Below, piece after piece: positions 29,915-40,512 of a stretch of 64,000 nt of DNA (its first letter is position 1; every line of letters begins with the position of its first letter). The position numbers and the translations under genes are program-made. The notes under the pieces were generated by a model. It saw only the letters and a list, made by a program, of their open reading frames with translations. It searched no databases and was not told the DNA's origin. The stretch comes from an uncultured delta proteobacterium (lineage in GTDB: Bacteria; Desulfobacterota; RBG-13-43-22). The stretch spans positions 800,001 to 864,000 of the forward strand of contig CAWBOS010000012.1 of assembly GCA_963790475.1 (NCBI GenBank), written 5' to 3'.

Positions 29915-30412
29915 ATGTCCATTCGAATGAAGGTTTTCGGGTTGACCATCGACCCATTAACCAACAGTCCGATTATGATCCTGAAAAGTCTCGAAGGTGA
30001 CAAGACGGTACCGATCTGGATAGGCCTTTTGGAAGCCACGGCCATCGCCGGTGAATTGGAAAACATTAAATTTCCCAGGCCCATGACCCATGACTTGATG
30101 AAGAATATGATGGATCAATTGGGAGTGCGGCTGGTTAAGGTTGAAATTTGTGACCTTAGGGATAATACCTTTTTTGCGCTGCTATATATGATCCTCAAAG
30201 ACAAGGAATTTTCAATGGATGCCCGTCCCAGCGACGCCATCGCTTTGGCCTTACGGGCCGACGCCCCCATCTACGTGGATGAACAGGTTATTTTGAAATC
30301 CAAAGACGTGGATCTGAGTCCCAAGGAAGAAGTTCAATCCGCAGAGGGCAAAAAATGGACGGAAATCCTGGAATCCTTATCTCCCGACGAATTCGGGAAA
30401 TATAAAATGTGA
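29915..30412 (+). CDS. Bifunctional nuclease family protein (DUF151)
   Basis: PIWIG..EA.AI, RPMTHDL and DARPSDAIALA motifs; GGAGG RBS. Confidence 0.92.
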   Translation: MSIRMKVFGLTIDPLTNSPIMILKSLEGDKTVPIWIGLLEATAIAGELENIKFPRPMTHDLMKNMMDQLGVRLVKVEICDLRDNTFFALLYMILKDKEFSMDARPSDAIALALRADAPIYVDEQVILKSKDVDLSPKEEVQSAEGKKWTEILESLSPDEFGKYKM

Positions 30413-30545
30413 CCCTCGGGAGAAAAAACGTTTGGTGTTAATCATTGGGCGAGGCCCTTATCATGATTCGTTATTGGCCCCAAGGGACAACGAGTTCAAT
30501 AGGTGAGGCCGACCATCCCAAGTCTTCTCTCCCCCCGCAGAAATT

Positions 30546-30692
30546 TTTTATCTTCTCAGTGATGAATTTCATCAATGGTTTATTCCCGGACGTTCTGCCA
30601 CCTTCGGGGATTTTCTGGCTGACACCCTGGGAGGAGGATTCGGGGGTCTGCTCCTATTTAAATTTAAGAGAAAGGGTTTACGGATAAATTAA
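30546..30692 (+). pseudogene. VanZ-family C-terminal remnant
   Basis: Frame reads FYLLSDEFHQWFIPGRSATFGDFLADTLGGGFGGLL...*, the VanZ signature. Upstream in-frame stop at 30504-30506 and no start codon. Confidence 0.7.
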
Positions 30693-30697
30693 CGACC

Positions 30698-31354
30698 ATG
30701 ATCGATCTTCATTCGCATTCTCTATTCAGTGATGGGGACCTCCTGCCTTCAGAACTGGTCCGAAGGGCCGAGGTCAAGGGCTATCGGTATTGGGCCATTA
30801 CCGATCACGCCGATGTCTCCAACCTAGATCATATGGTTCCCCGAATCGTCTCAGCAGCCAGGGAATTAAACGCCCATTGGAGTATCAAGGTGATCCCCGG
30901 TGTTGAGTTGACCCATGTCCCGCCGGAAACGATTGCTGTTTTGGTTCAGAGGGCCAAGGAGCTGGGTGCCCGTCTCATTGTCGTTCACGGGGAAACTATT
31001 TCCGAGCCGGTAGCACCGGGAACCAATCAGGCGGCCATCGAGGCCGGGGTCCATATCCTGGCTCATCCGGGCCTGATTACTTCCCGGGAAGCGGATTTGG
31101 CGGCCCGGAATAAGGTTCTCTTGGAGATCACATCCCGAAAAGGGCACAGCCTGACCAACGGCCATGTGACGCGGATGGCCCAGTCGGCCGGGGCCGGCCT
31201 GGTTTTAAATTCCGATAGCCATTCACCGGAGGACATTGTTGCTTTGGACCGGCGTGAAAAAATTGTGAAAGGGGCCGGTTTGAATCAAGAAGCCCTGCAA
31301 CAGATGGATGAATCAGCCATCCACCTTTTTACTCGTTTGCTGGTTGACCTGTAA
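30698..31354 (+). CDS. PHP-domain protein (histidinol phosphate phosphatase-like)
   Basis: DLHSHS..SDG, AITDH, GVELTH, LAHPG and NSDSH motifs. Confidence 0.9.
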   Translation: MIDLHSHSLFSDGDLLPSELVRRAEVKGYRYWAITDHADVSNLDHMVPRIVSAARELNAHWSIKVIPGVELTHVPPETIAVLVQRAKELGARLIVVHGETISEPVAPGTNQAAIEAGVHILAHPGLITSREADLAARNKVLLEITSRKGHSLTNGHVTRMAQSAGAGLVLNSDSHSPEDIVALDRREKIVKGAGLNQEALQQMDESAIHLFTRLLVDL

Positions 31355-31637
31355 GCTTTTTCTGGCAGTGAAGGCCATTGGTGCCTTAACATACTTGATT
31401 TCTTGAATGACTTCTTTAGACTCCCCTGGAAAAAAGGTGAGGCCCTAAAGTGGGTCTGGAACTCACAAGCGGATTCCGTTATGCCCTAAGAACAGAGAGG
31501 ACTTTACCTATCATCCTGATCTTCAGGATCCATCGCCATCTCTTTTCCTATTCTTTTGTTGCCTATCGGCTCGAAGAGCAGAACAATATCCAAAAAATCA
31601 ATAGCTTTTTCATCCATTTTTAGAAAGGAGGGTCATC

Positions 31638-32375
31638 ATGTTTTGTCCAGCCTGTGGAACAAAAACCCAGAACAATGAAGAACGGTGTGCAAACTGCGGG
31701 GCGTCATTATTTCTGGAAAAACCGGCCGGCACCGGAACCCTTCCGCCCGATGACAACGATAAAGTCGTTGGCGGAAGAAGGATCGCCCGGCTGGGAGACC
31801 GTTTGCTGGCGATCATTATCGACGGTCTATTGGTTATGGCTGTTTTTGCCGTCGTGGGTACATGGATTGCATCCAGATGGGGAGGGATGGTAGAAAGCGG
31901 ATTTTCAATGACGGGAACCCCGGCGTTGATAGCCATGGGGTTAACAACGGTCTTTGCTTTTCTCTACTTCTGGTTTATGGAGGGCCTTTGGGGGGCCACC
32001 TTGGGCAAGTTGATGTTAGGGATAAAAGTAAGGGATATTTCCGGTGCACCCTGCAGCCTCTCCCAGTCCATTATTCGAAATATTCTCCGAATTGTTGACG
32101 GAATTGCTCTCTATTTTGTTGGATTCCTCATTGCCCTTTTTTCCAAACTCCGTCAACGCCTCGGCGATCATATTGCCAAGACGGTTGTTGTCGAGAAGGC
32201 GACCGGAAAAGTTTTGCGAGTCCTGTTCGTACTGATCTGGCTTGCCTCCATTATGGGCTGCGGTTGGGGCGCCTATATGATTTACATAGGTGCCCCGTCG
32301 CAGACCAAGGCGGCTATCGTAGAGACTGATGTAGGAAAGACGGGTAATCACGTCTCCATGACGCTGAATAAGTAG
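31638..32375 (+). CDS. RDD family membrane protein with N-terminal zinc ribbon
   Basis: MFCPACG...CANCG; RLLAIIID, TLGK and QRLGDHIAKTVVV motifs. Confidence 0.88.
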   Translation: MFCPACGTKTQNNEERCANCGASLFLEKPAGTGTLPPDDNDKVVGGRRIARLGDRLLAIIIDGLLVMAVFAVVGTWIASRWGGMVESGFSMTGTPALIAMGLTTVFAFLYFWFMEGLWGATLGKLMLGIKVRDISGAPCSLSQSIIRNILRIVDGIALYFVGFLIALFSKLRQRLGDHIAKTVVVEKATGKVLRVLFVLIWLASIMGCGWGAYMIYIGAPSQTKAAIVETDVGKTGNHVSMTLNK

Positions 32376-32460
32376 AGGAATTCCCTTCGGGTATAGAAGG
32401 AGTCGGATCGATGAAAGGAATTTGACTTTTTCGCCCTCTCTGGTTATGCTTCCCAAGATC

Positions 32461-33621
32461 ATGACGGGCAGATCTTTAAAAATAGGGATCATTTACGGGG
32501 GGATCAGCGAACAGAAGGCGGGAATGGATCATTACCTCCACCAGGTCCTTCTGGCCATAAAAAGGCTGGCCCCTGAGCATCGCTATGTTCTCATCGATCA
32601 CCGCCGAAAGCAAACGTCCTTTAAAGAGCAGTTCGAGCAAGTCATTCTGGAACTTCCCCGATCTCCTATCCGGGTCAGCCGATGGAATCTTCAAATTGTC
32701 CCTCGAGTCTTGTCGCAATTTGATCTTGTGTTTTCTCCCGGGCTTTACGGCCCGCTGCGAATTCCCAAAGGGGTGGCCTCGGTCATGGTTGTTCATGACC
32801 TGACCAAATACCTTTTCCCGAATTTTTTTCCTTTCAATCCTGTGCAAAAAGTGCTGGACCTTCTGGTTTACCCGGCCATGTTACGGCGTTACGGTCATCT
32901 CATCACCGTTTCGAAGACTACCCGGCAAGACTTGATAACCCTCTTTAAGGTCCCTAAGGAAAAGATTACCGTCGCCTATCATGGGGCCGAGGATGCCTTT
33001 CAACCTGCGAGCCCCCAGGATACCGAGGAGCTCCTTTGGCAATCCCATAAAGTTAAGAAACCATTTATACTCTCCCTCGGCACTTTGGAGCCGCGAAAGA
33101 ATATTCCCACTTTGCTTAAGGCCTTTGCCGGAATATTGGATCAAATTCCTCACGACCTGGTCCTGGTGGGCCAAAAGGGCTGGAAATGGGAGCCGGTCTT
33201 TAGAGAAATGGAAAGACCGAACCTGAAAGGACGAGTTCACTGGGTGGGCTATGTTTCGGATCCGGAAAGGGTCCTTTTTTACAATGCCGCGGACTTTTTG
33301 GCCTATCCGAGCTGGTATGAAGGATTCGGCATGCCTTTGCTGGAAGCCATGCAGTGCGGATGTCCGGTGATCACCTCCCGGGTAAGTTCCATGCCCGAAG
33401 TTGTTGGTGACGCCGGATTGCTGATCGATCCCCACCAGGTGGAGGATTTGCAGGGAGCAATCCATCGTCTGGTGAATGAGCCCGGGTTGAGGGAAAAAAT
33501 GAGGATGGTCGGATTTGAGCAGGCCAAGAAATTTTCCTGGGAGACTTCGGCCAAGATCACCTTAGAGGTATTTGAGAAAGTAATGGAAATGAAAGACCGA
33601 AGACCGAAGACCGAAGGCTGA
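32461..33621 (+). CDS. Glycosyltransferase family 4
   Basis: GTLEPRKN and PSWYEGFGMPLLEAMQCG motifs. Confidence 0.92.
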   Translation: MTGRSLKIGIIYGGISEQKAGMDHYLHQVLLAIKRLAPEHRYVLIDHRRKQTSFKEQFEQVILELPRSPIRVSRWNLQIVPRVLSQFDLVFSPGLYGPLRIPKGVASVMVVHDLTKYLFPNFFPFNPVQKVLDLLVYPAMLRRYGHLITVSKTTRQDLITLFKVPKEKITVAYHGAEDAFQPASPQDTEELLWQSHKVKKPFILSLGTLEPRKNIPTLLKAFAGILDQIPHDLVLVGQKGWKWEPVFREMERPNLKGRVHWVGYVSDPERVLFYNAADFLAYPSWYEGFGMPLLEAMQCGCPVITSRVSSMPEVVGDAGLLIDPHQVEDLQGAIHRLVNEPGLREKMRMVGFEQAKKFSWETSAKITLEVFEKVMEMKDRRPKTEG

Positions 33622-33697
33622 AGGCTGAAGGAAGGGAAAGTTTTATATTCTTCTTGAATCTTGAATCTTGAACCTTAAACCTTGAACCTCAAACCTT
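33593..33697. repeat. Heptamer tandem repeats (aagaccg/aaggctg, then tcttgaa/ccttgaa)
   Basis: aagaccg x3, aaggctg x2; tcttgaa x3, ccttaaa, ccttgaa, cctcaaa. Confidence 0.7.
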
Positions 33698-33711
33698 GGA
33701 CCTTTTTCATT

Positions 33712-34896
33712 ATGAAAATCGCTTTTCTTGGAGATCGGTTGGGCCTGGCCACCGGCGGCAATTTGTATGTCGCCAGGGTGGCCGAAGAATTGGCTGCCCT
33801 GGGAGTGGAGGTGACCTTGATCACCCTGATCCCCCCCCGGGACATCCCTTGGCCTTCCAGTTTGTCTGTTATTTCCAGAACGGTTGATTTTTCCTTTGGT
33901 CAAAGGCCCGATCAGGGCCGAATTAAATCCCTTTTAAATTCCAGGCTGGCAGCGGTCACTGAATTAAAAAAATTAATTCGGGAGCCTTATGACATTCTTT
34001 ATTCCGTTGGCGGGCCTTCCAATATTGTCAACCATCTATGTCAAAAGGGCCCCTTTAAGCCTAAGGTTTCCATAGCAGTCCTTTTCCACTTGTTTCGGCA
34101 GGCCTCCTGCCCTCAATTTCTGATAAACCCCGATACCTATCGGAAACCGTTCCAGACTATCTATCATTCTCTAGGGGACCATCTGGCCAAAGGCTTCTAT
34201 GTGATCACCGTTTCTGAATTCTGGCGGCAAAAGCTGATCCGCAGAGGATTTGACGAAGAGAAAATCACTCTTATCCCGGTAGGGGCCGATTGGGAAGATT
34301 GGCCTAAGATCGCTCCGGAGGAGGCAAAAAGAGAATTGGGGCTCAGTGGCCAGTGGGTCGTTTATACCAATCCCTTGCGGTTGAATAAAGGGATCATGAA
34401 TGTCCTTAAGGCCGCTAACCAAATAAAAGAAAAATTTCCATCCCTGCTGGTCTTGGTTACTGGTGTTACCGACCGCCGGACCCAGCGGCAAGTCCAGCAA
34501 TTTGTCCTGGAACATCATCTGGAAAATCATTTTCGTTATGCCGGAGTGATTCCCAGAGAACAACTTCCCCTTCATTATGCCGCTTCCGATGTGGTGGTTT
34601 TGCCCTCTTTGGAAGAAGAAGGCTGGGGAGTTACTCTTCTGGAAGGGATGATGGCCGGAAGGCCGGTGATTTGCAGTCCCTTAGGGGCTATGCCGGAATT
34701 AGTCAGAGATAAGGGGATTGTCCTGAAAAAGAATACCCCTCAACACTTGGCCAAGGCCCTGGAAAGATTGATTGAAGACCGGGGACTCAGGGACCTCCTG
34801 GGAAGGGCCGGACCTCCCCAGGCCAGGCAGTTTTCTTATCAGGCCGCCGCCCAGGCCCATCTCTCTTTATTTAATAAGTTGCTTGCCAAGTCTTAG
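33712..34896 (+). CDS. Glycosyltransferase family 4
   Basis: LPSLEEEGWGVTLLEGMMAGRPVI motif. Confidence 0.88.
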   Translation: MKIAFLGDRLGLATGGNLYVARVAEELAALGVEVTLITLIPPRDIPWPSSLSVISRTVDFSFGQRPDQGRIKSLLNSRLAAVTELKKLIREPYDILYSVGGPSNIVNHLCQKGPFKPKVSIAVLFHLFRQASCPQFLINPDTYRKPFQTIYHSLGDHLAKGFYVITVSEFWRQKLIRRGFDEEKITLIPVGADWEDWPKIAPEEAKRELGLSGQWVVYTNPLRLNKGIMNVLKAANQIKEKFPSLLVLVTGVTDRRTQRQVQQFVLEHHLENHFRYAGVIPREQLPLHYAASDVVVLPSLEEEGWGVTLLEGMMAGRPVICSPLGAMPELVRDKGIVLKKNTPQHLAKALERLIEDRGLRDLLGRAGPPQARQFSYQAAAQAHLSLFNKLLAKS

Positions 34897-34904
34897 AGGT
34901 CCCC

Positions 34905-36338
34905 TCATCCATCGAGGTTTTCTTCTTCTAATTCATTTTTAAGGTGATCAGATGATAAGTGGTGCTTTCTAATAAGAAGACAAAAATTGGATCGTTGCAT
35001 ACCTACCCTCGCCGCCGCCTGGGTAATATTGCCTTTTGTGTTCCTGAGGGCTTTCAGAAGAAAAGCCTTTTCCAGGGGATCGAAGACCTGTGTCAGAAGA
35101 TGGTTCTTGGCGGTTTTTAACTCTTGCAGGGTTTCGGGGACGGGGTTCTTCTCCCAAGGCCGCTTTAACTGCATATGATCCAAAAGATAGGGTAACCCGA
35201 GTGTTTTGTCATCGGCCATAATGACCAGGCGCTCAACGATGTTTTTCAGTTGCCGGACGTTCCCCGGCCATTCGTAGTTGATTAAAACCTCCAGGGCATC
35301 ATCTGAGAATCCCTCGATTACTTTCCCTGTCTTTCGAGAAAACAGTTTCAGGAAATAGTAGGCGAGCTTGGGGATATCTTCTTTTCTTTCCCGAAGGGGG
35401 GGGATGTCAATGGGAAAAACATTCAAACGGTAGAATAGGTCCTCCCTGAACTTTCCCTCTTCCACCATTTTCTTGAGGTCTCGGTTGGTGGCGGCAATAA
35501 TTCGGATATCGGTTTTTTTTTGATGGGTTGTCCCTACCGGTTTAAATTCACCGCTCTCCAGAACCCGCAACAGTTTGGCTTGAATTTCAAGATCCATATT
35601 GGTCACATCGTCCATAAACAGAGTCCCGCCGTTGGCCACCTCAAAGAGGCCTTCCTTGTCGCGAAGGGCTCCGGTAAAAGCCCCTTTAACATGGCCGAAA
35701 AGTTCGCTCTCCAGCAGGTTGGGAGATAGGGCGCTGCAGTCCACAGGTATGATTTGCCGGAAGGCCCTTCGGCTATGGGTATGAATAGCTCCGGCAAACA
35801 GTTCTTTGCCTGTCCCGCTCTCTCCGTAAAGAAGCACGGTGCTCTCCGTAGGGGCCACCTTTTCAATTTGCTTGAAGACCTGAATGATTTTCGGATCTTC
35901 CCCGACAATGTTTTCAAAACTGAATCGATTGAAAAGTTCTTTCCGAAGGGAAAGATTTTCCTCCACCAGGCGTTTTTTCTCCAAGGCATTCTTGGCCGCC
36001 ATGATCAGTTGGTCGTCGGTAAAGGGCTTGGTCAGATAGTCAAAGGCCCCTAATTTCATGGCTTCAACCGCGTTTTGAATAGTTGAATGGCCTGTCATGA
36101 CTACTACTTGAAGAGTCGGTTTGGTTTCATGGATGATTTTAAGAATCTCCATGCCGTCCAGGTCCGGCAGCTTCATATCCAAGAGAATCAAGTCGTAGCT
36201 ATGCCGCCGGATTTCATCCTCCCCGGCTTTACCCGTCGTGCAATAATTTACCAGATGGTCTTCGTCGGAGAGTATGAGACTGCATGCTTTGCAGATCACA
36301 ATCTCATCATCGATAACTAAAATATTAGCAGGGGCCAT
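34905..36338 (-). CDS. Sigma54-dependent response regulator (NtrC family)
   Basis: Receiver domain; [23 protein letters not shown] and WPGNVRQL; C-terminal HTH. Confidence 0.95.
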   Translation of the reverse strand: MAPANILVIDDEIVICKACSLILSDEDHLVNYCTTGKAGEDEIRRHSYDLILLDMKLPDLDGMEILKIIHETKPTLQVVVMTGHSTIQNAVEAMKLGAFDYLTKPFTDDQLIMAAKNALEKKRLVEENLSLRKELFNRFSFENIVGEDPKIIQVFKQIEKVAPTESTVLLYGESGTGKELFAGAIHTHSRRAFRQIIPVDCSALSPNLLESELFGHVKGAFTGALRDKEGLFEVANGGTLFMDDVTNMDLEIQAKLLRVLESGEFKPVGTTHQKKTDIRIIAATNRDLKKMVEEGKFREDLFYRLNVFPIDIPPLRERKEDIPKLAYYFLKLFSRKTGKVIEGFSDDALEVLINYEWPGNVRQLKNIVERLVIMADDKTLGLPYLLDHMQLKRPWEKNPVPETLQELKTAKNHLLTQVFDPLEKAFLLKALRNTKGNITQAAARVGMQRSNFCLLIRKHHLSSDHLKNELEEENLDG

Positions 36339-36407
36339 CTTTATCCATTAAATGTTGTTTAGGGGACAATCTGAAAACCATCGACCGGAATTGAAGGTTT
36401 CTTTCTC

Positions 36408-37640
36408 TTAAAATTTCTTAAGAGAAAGCGTACCGAAAATAGGAAACTCGGCTACGAACTGGGCCCCTTGCCCAGGTTCACTGGTGACATAAAGTTCTCC
36501 CCCGTGTTTTTGTATGAGGGCATAGGTAACCCACAGTCCCAAACCGGTTCCCTTGGGCTTGGTTGAGAAAAAGGGCTCAAAGATTTTAGACTTATCTTCC
36601 AGAGGGATTCCGCATCCGGTGTCGGATACCTCTACCTTGATACACTTTCGGTCAGCGCTCAGGTGGCTTACGACGGTAATGGTTCCTTTCTCTTCTATGG
36701 CCTGAATGGCGTTAAGCAATAGATTAATGAAAACCTGATGAATCTGGTTCTCGTCCAGGAAGATGTTAGGCACTTGTCTGGAAAGATGTTTGTCTATTTG
36801 TATATGCCGGAGTTTGAACTCGTTATCCAGGATGTGGAGGGCCTTTTCAACAACGTTGTTCACATTGGCTAAGACCATTTTGGGTTCACTTTCACGAGAA
36901 AATTCCAAAAGGTCCTGGATAATCGTTTTACATCTTAAAGCTTCCTGTATGATAATCTCCAATACTTCTTTAGTGGGTCCATCCTTGGAGGATTTTTTGA
37001 GGAGATTCGTACTATACAGCAGGATACCAGCCAGAGGGTTATTGATTTCATGGGCAACGCCGGCGGCCATTCGGCCTAAAGCCGATAATTTTTCAGTTTG
37101 CAGGACCAGTTGATCGTATCGGGATTGCTGCTTTTCCAAAAGTTGCGCTTTTTGGATGACGGCGGCGCCCCGTTCGGCGATAAGGATGATATAGTTGAGC
37201 TCTTCTTTTGAAAATTCCCTCGGTTCATCAAAAAAGACACGCAGCAAACCTACAATATCGTTCCCGAGAAAAATCGGTAAGTCAAGGATCATCCGAATGC
37301 CTTCATCCCAGGCCTCTTTCGGGTATTGAACCCGGGGATCATTTAAGATATCCCTGATGATAATGGCTTTATTCTGCCGGAACAAATCGGTAATAACCAC
37401 TTGGCTTGAGACCGGTCCTTTGGAAAGATAATGATCCCCTAAACCGTAGGCGGCTCCTAATTCCATTTCCTGAGTTTCGAGGTTAAAAATCCGAATCAGT
37501 GCCCCTTTTGATTTAAGCAATTCGCTGACCTTCATGACCACAGTATGCAATACATGCTTTACCTGGGTATTGGAATTCAAAGAGGCGCTGATATATCGAA
37601 GAACGTTATAGCAGCTTTCAAAGTCTATGCCTTGGCCCAC
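36408..37640 (-). CDS. GAF-domain sensor histidine kinase
   Basis: VAHEINNPL H-box, DTGCG and GTGLGL; no TM segments. Confidence 0.92.
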   Translation of the reverse strand: MGQGIDFESCYNVLRYISASLNSNTQVKHVLHTVVMKVSELLKSKGALIRIFNLETQEMELGAAYGLGDHYLSKGPVSSQVVITDLFRQNKAIIIRDILNDPRVQYPKEAWDEGIRMILDLPIFLGNDIVGLLRVFFDEPREFSKEELNYIILIAERGAAVIQKAQLLEKQQSRYDQLVLQTEKLSALGRMAAGVAHEINNPLAGILLYSTNLLKKSSKDGPTKEVLEIIIQEALRCKTIIQDLLEFSRESEPKMVLANVNNVVEKALHILDNEFKLRHIQIDKHLSRQVPNIFLDENQIHQVFINLLLNAIQAIEEKGTITVVSHLSADRKCIKVEVSDTGCGIPLEDKSKIFEPFFSTKPKGTGLGLWVTYALIQKHGGELYVTSEPGQGAQFVAEFPIFGTLSLKKF

Positions 37641-37908
37641 CGAACTGCCTGCCTTTACTGTCTGGGTTTATAATAAGTATAATATATTATACACCCATAA
37701 CTAAATAAAAAAATTATAAAAATAATCCTTAATGATTAAAATCCCCTATAAATTTTTATACGATTTTGCAGGCTGAGATTTCTGAAGGGTCGGCCACCAG
37801 TATCATAATCTATTGAAAAAAGGGGTAAAATAATAGAAAGGGTCCATGGGCAGGATTTGGTCTTCCTTTTGCATCCCCCCTTTTTTAAAAAAGCTTAATC
37901 CCCTTGAC

Positions 37909-37980
37909 CGTCTCCCCGGCGAAAGCCGGGGTCCAGGAGAAAATTAAATTCCTGGATTCCGGGTCAAGCTCGGAATGACG
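37909..37980. repeat. REP-like palindromic element (related units at 41709-41736 and 6923-6961)
   Basis: ccccggc-gaaa-gccgggg tccag ... ctgga ttccggg-tcaag-ctcggaa tgacg; 41709-41736 is ctgga ccccggc-cttc-gccgggg tgacg. Confidence 0.7.
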
Positions 37981-38139
37981 AAAATGGGTTTTGGCGAATT
38001 TTTGGAAGGCATACTGCCCCGTTAGGGGGCCACCCCTTCCAAGGGACTCCCGGATGGGGCCTAGAATCTAAACCTAAAAAGAATAACGTATAGGCTGGAG
38101 ACATCAATCAGGAATAAAACCGACGAAAGGATCGTTTCC

Positions 38140-38637
38140 ATGGACCGGTACTCTATTCGAGATACTCAGAAAAAAGAAAATAACATAGCGGAAATACTTG
38201 AAGGATTTGATATCAAATCGGATGGACTGATTCCTATGCTTCAGGCTGTCCAGGGGGTTTGGGGTTTTCTGCCGAAACCGGCTTTTCCGGAAATAGCCCG
38301 TTTGATGAAATTATCGGTCGCCGAGGTTTTCGAGACGGCCTCATTTTATTCTCAATTCCGATTTGAACCGACCGGGAAATATCTCGTCCGAGTCTGTTGT
38401 GGAACGAACTGCCATATTCAAGGGTCAGAGCGGATTTTAGAAGATATTCAAAATCATTTATTAGTGTCTCCGGGAGGGACTACGAAAGACAGATTATTTA
38501 CCCTGGAGACCGGTTACTGTTTTGGTTCCTGTGCTCAGGCCCCCGTTATGGTCGTCGAGGATTCCGTTTACCCACGTATGAATCGCTTCAAAGTTCAAAA
38601 AATTTTAAATGCAATAGGGATAAGGGAGAAAGGATAA
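38140..38637 (+). CDS. NuoE/HydC-like (2Fe-2S) thioredoxin-fold subunit
   Basis: ASFYSQF; CCGTNC...CFGSC..AP. Confidence 0.9.
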   Translation: MDRYSIRDTQKKENNIAEILEGFDIKSDGLIPMLQAVQGVWGFLPKPAFPEIARLMKLSVAEVFETASFYSQFRFEPTGKYLVRVCCGTNCHIQGSERILEDIQNHLLVSPGGTTKDRLFTLETGYCFGSCAQAPVMVVEDSVYPRMNRFKVQKILNAIGIREKG

Positions 38638-38753
38638 ATGATCTAAAACCAACAAGGACATAATCCGGATCCGGTAGGGGCTTTTTAACTTACCCAAAAG
38701 GTGTTTTGAAGCTCTTCGGGAGAGGCTCTTTATTCAATAAGGATATTAATAAA

Positions 38754-40511
38754 ATGATCAATAATATTCCCACGGTTTGTAGCTTCTGTAATACAGGGTG
38801 CGGGATGTTTGTTCGCAAGGGGGGGGAGGAAGCGGTCGGGATTCTTCCCATCATCCGTCATCCGGTCAATGAAGGACGTCTCTGTCAGCGGGGATGGAAC
38901 CGCTACCAAAATCTGAGAAGTATGAATCGCCTGACCCATCCCCTGACCCGAAGGGGCTCCCGATTAGGAAAAACAGGGTGGGATGAAGCCCTCCAGATCA
39001 GCAAAGAAAAGATTTCCTCTATTCTAAACCTGTATGGCCCTCAAGCCATAGGCGTTATCGGATCCCCCTGGTTGACGAACGAAGATAATTTTCGCGTCTC
39101 TCTTTTTTGCCGTCAGGCGCTTAAAAGCAATAACCTGGACGGAAGTTACCGATTCGGCGGCGCAGCGGCCCTGACCGCCTTAAATGATACCTGGTCCGGG
39201 GCTCTGGGATCTTTGGCTTCTATACAATCCCTAAAAGAAAGTCCGGCTATTTTGGTAATTGGAAGGGAGAGCCTGCGTGATTTCTCTCCGGTTGGGGCCC
39301 AAATGATTCAAGCCTATCAGCAGGGGTCCAAACTCATTTTGGCAGATCCCACCTGTCTCCAGGCCGAAGGCTTTTTTAATGCTTTTCTACCTTATCCGGC
39401 GGACAAACTTGCTCACATGTTTAAAGGAAAAAAAGAAATAGCGGAGGACCTGGTCCGGCTCCTGGCCCAACCGGAATCAGCTATCGTGTTTATTGCCGAT
39501 CAAATAAAAACGGCCTCCAGTCTGTTGAGTCTCCTCAGTGTTATTTCGCAGGATCGCCCCGACTCCCAGACGATTCCCATGATGATCCCTCTGAGCCGCT
39601 CTCCGAATCTCCGGGGGGCCTGGGACATGGACATAAAACCTAAAAACGGGGGATTAACCCTCCAGGAGATGCTGGATCTTCCCAACGTGATAAAGGGTCT
39701 TCTCGTTTTTGGTGATGATCTGCTCAACCACCTCCCCTCATTCGCCTTTATGGAAAAACTGAAAAACCTTGAATTTCTGCTGGTCGCGGATCGTTTCCTC
39801 ACTGATACGGTACAGATTGCTGATTGTGCCTTTCCAATTCCTGTTCTGGCCGAAGGGACAGGGACTCTGACCAATTGCGAAGGAAGGGTCCAACAACTTC
39901 GTCCGGTTTTAAGTCCAAAGGAAGAGATTCGCCCCCTCTCCTATCTGCTCAGTTCTTTATCCCGAAAGTTGGGGATTAACCTCCCCGCGCAGTCGGATAG
40001 AGATGTGAGAAAAGAAATCAGCCGGGCCATTCCTCATTATCAAACTATCAGTGACGAATCAGAACTGGATTCATCCCAGGGTATCGTCCTGTCCTCTGTT
40101 AATCACCCGGCCATACCATCGGTCCCCTCTGAAACGCGGGAAGGTCCACAAGAACCGGGGAAATATCGCCTTTTCATTCCCAACACCTTATACGCCTGGA
40201 ATCGGAATCAAATGATTTTGGACTCTCCCCTTCTAAAGATCGAGTATCCGGAAGACCGGAAGGCCCTAAGAATGAACCGCCAGGATGTCCGGGATCTCAG
40301 ACTTCGTCCCGGTGAAAAAATTAAGGTGCGCTCAGAGCATGGCGATGCACAAATAGGCGTGGAAATAGACGATACGCTTCCTCCCCGGACCCTGGTGTTG
40401 CCCATGCATTTTTCAACCGTTATAGAAAATTTAGCCGGAAAAAGGGAATTTGATCATATAACCAATTATTCGTACTGTCCGGATCTATCGGTAACCCTGG
40501 AGAGAGTCTGA
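38754..40511 (+). CDS. FdhF/NuoG-like molybdopterin-oxidoreductase-fold protein with a 4Fe-4S motif but no Mo-ligand motif
   Basis: CSFCNTGC...GRLC, TNED and GTLTNCEGRVQ. The FDH active-site segment reads NNLDGSYRFGG instead of NNxDxxxRx(C/U)H. Confidence 0.82.
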   Translation: MINNIPTVCSFCNTGCGMFVRKGGEEAVGILPIIRHPVNEGRLCQRGWNRYQNLRSMNRLTHPLTRRGSRLGKTGWDEALQISKEKISSILNLYGPQAIGVIGSPWLTNEDNFRVSLFCRQALKSNNLDGSYRFGGAAALTALNDTWSGALGSLASIQSLKESPAILVIGRESLRDFSPVGAQMIQAYQQGSKLILADPTCLQAEGFFNAFLPYPADKLAHMFKGKKEIAEDLVRLLAQPESAIVFIADQIKTASSLLSLLSVISQDRPDSQTIPMMIPLSRSPNLRGAWDMDIKPKNGGLTLQEMLDLPNVIKGLLVFGDDLLNHLPSFAFMEKLKNLEFLLVADRFLTDTVQIADCAFPIPVLAEGTGTLTNCEGRVQQLRPVLSPKEEIRPLSYLLSSLSRKLGINLPAQSDRDVRKEISRAIPHYQTISDESELDSSQGIVLSSVNHPAIPSVPSETREGPQEPGKYRLFIPNTLYAWNRNQMILDSPLLKIEYPEDRKALRMNRQDVRDLRLRPGEKIKVRSEHGDAQIGVEIDDTLPPRTLVLPMHFSTVIENLAGKREFDHITNYSYCPDLSVTLERV

Positions 40512-40512
40512 G

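Noticed and set aside
30445-30687. 80-aa ORF from the track
   Set aside because: The region is better explained by a VanZ remnant in another frame.
31470-31515. FRYALRTERT resembling the integron integrase N-terminal HYSxRTE motif
   Set aside because: Too short, no supporting ORF and no attC sites seen.
37641-38139. Sigma54 promoter or riboswitch upstream of the hydrogenase operon
   Set aside because: The best candidate, TGGCGAATTTTTGGA, lacks a correctly spaced -12 GC; the hairpins at about 38015-38062 match no family I can identify.
38754-40511. Selenocysteine formate dehydrogenase
   Set aside because: No in-frame TGA and no Cys/His at the Mo-ligand position.
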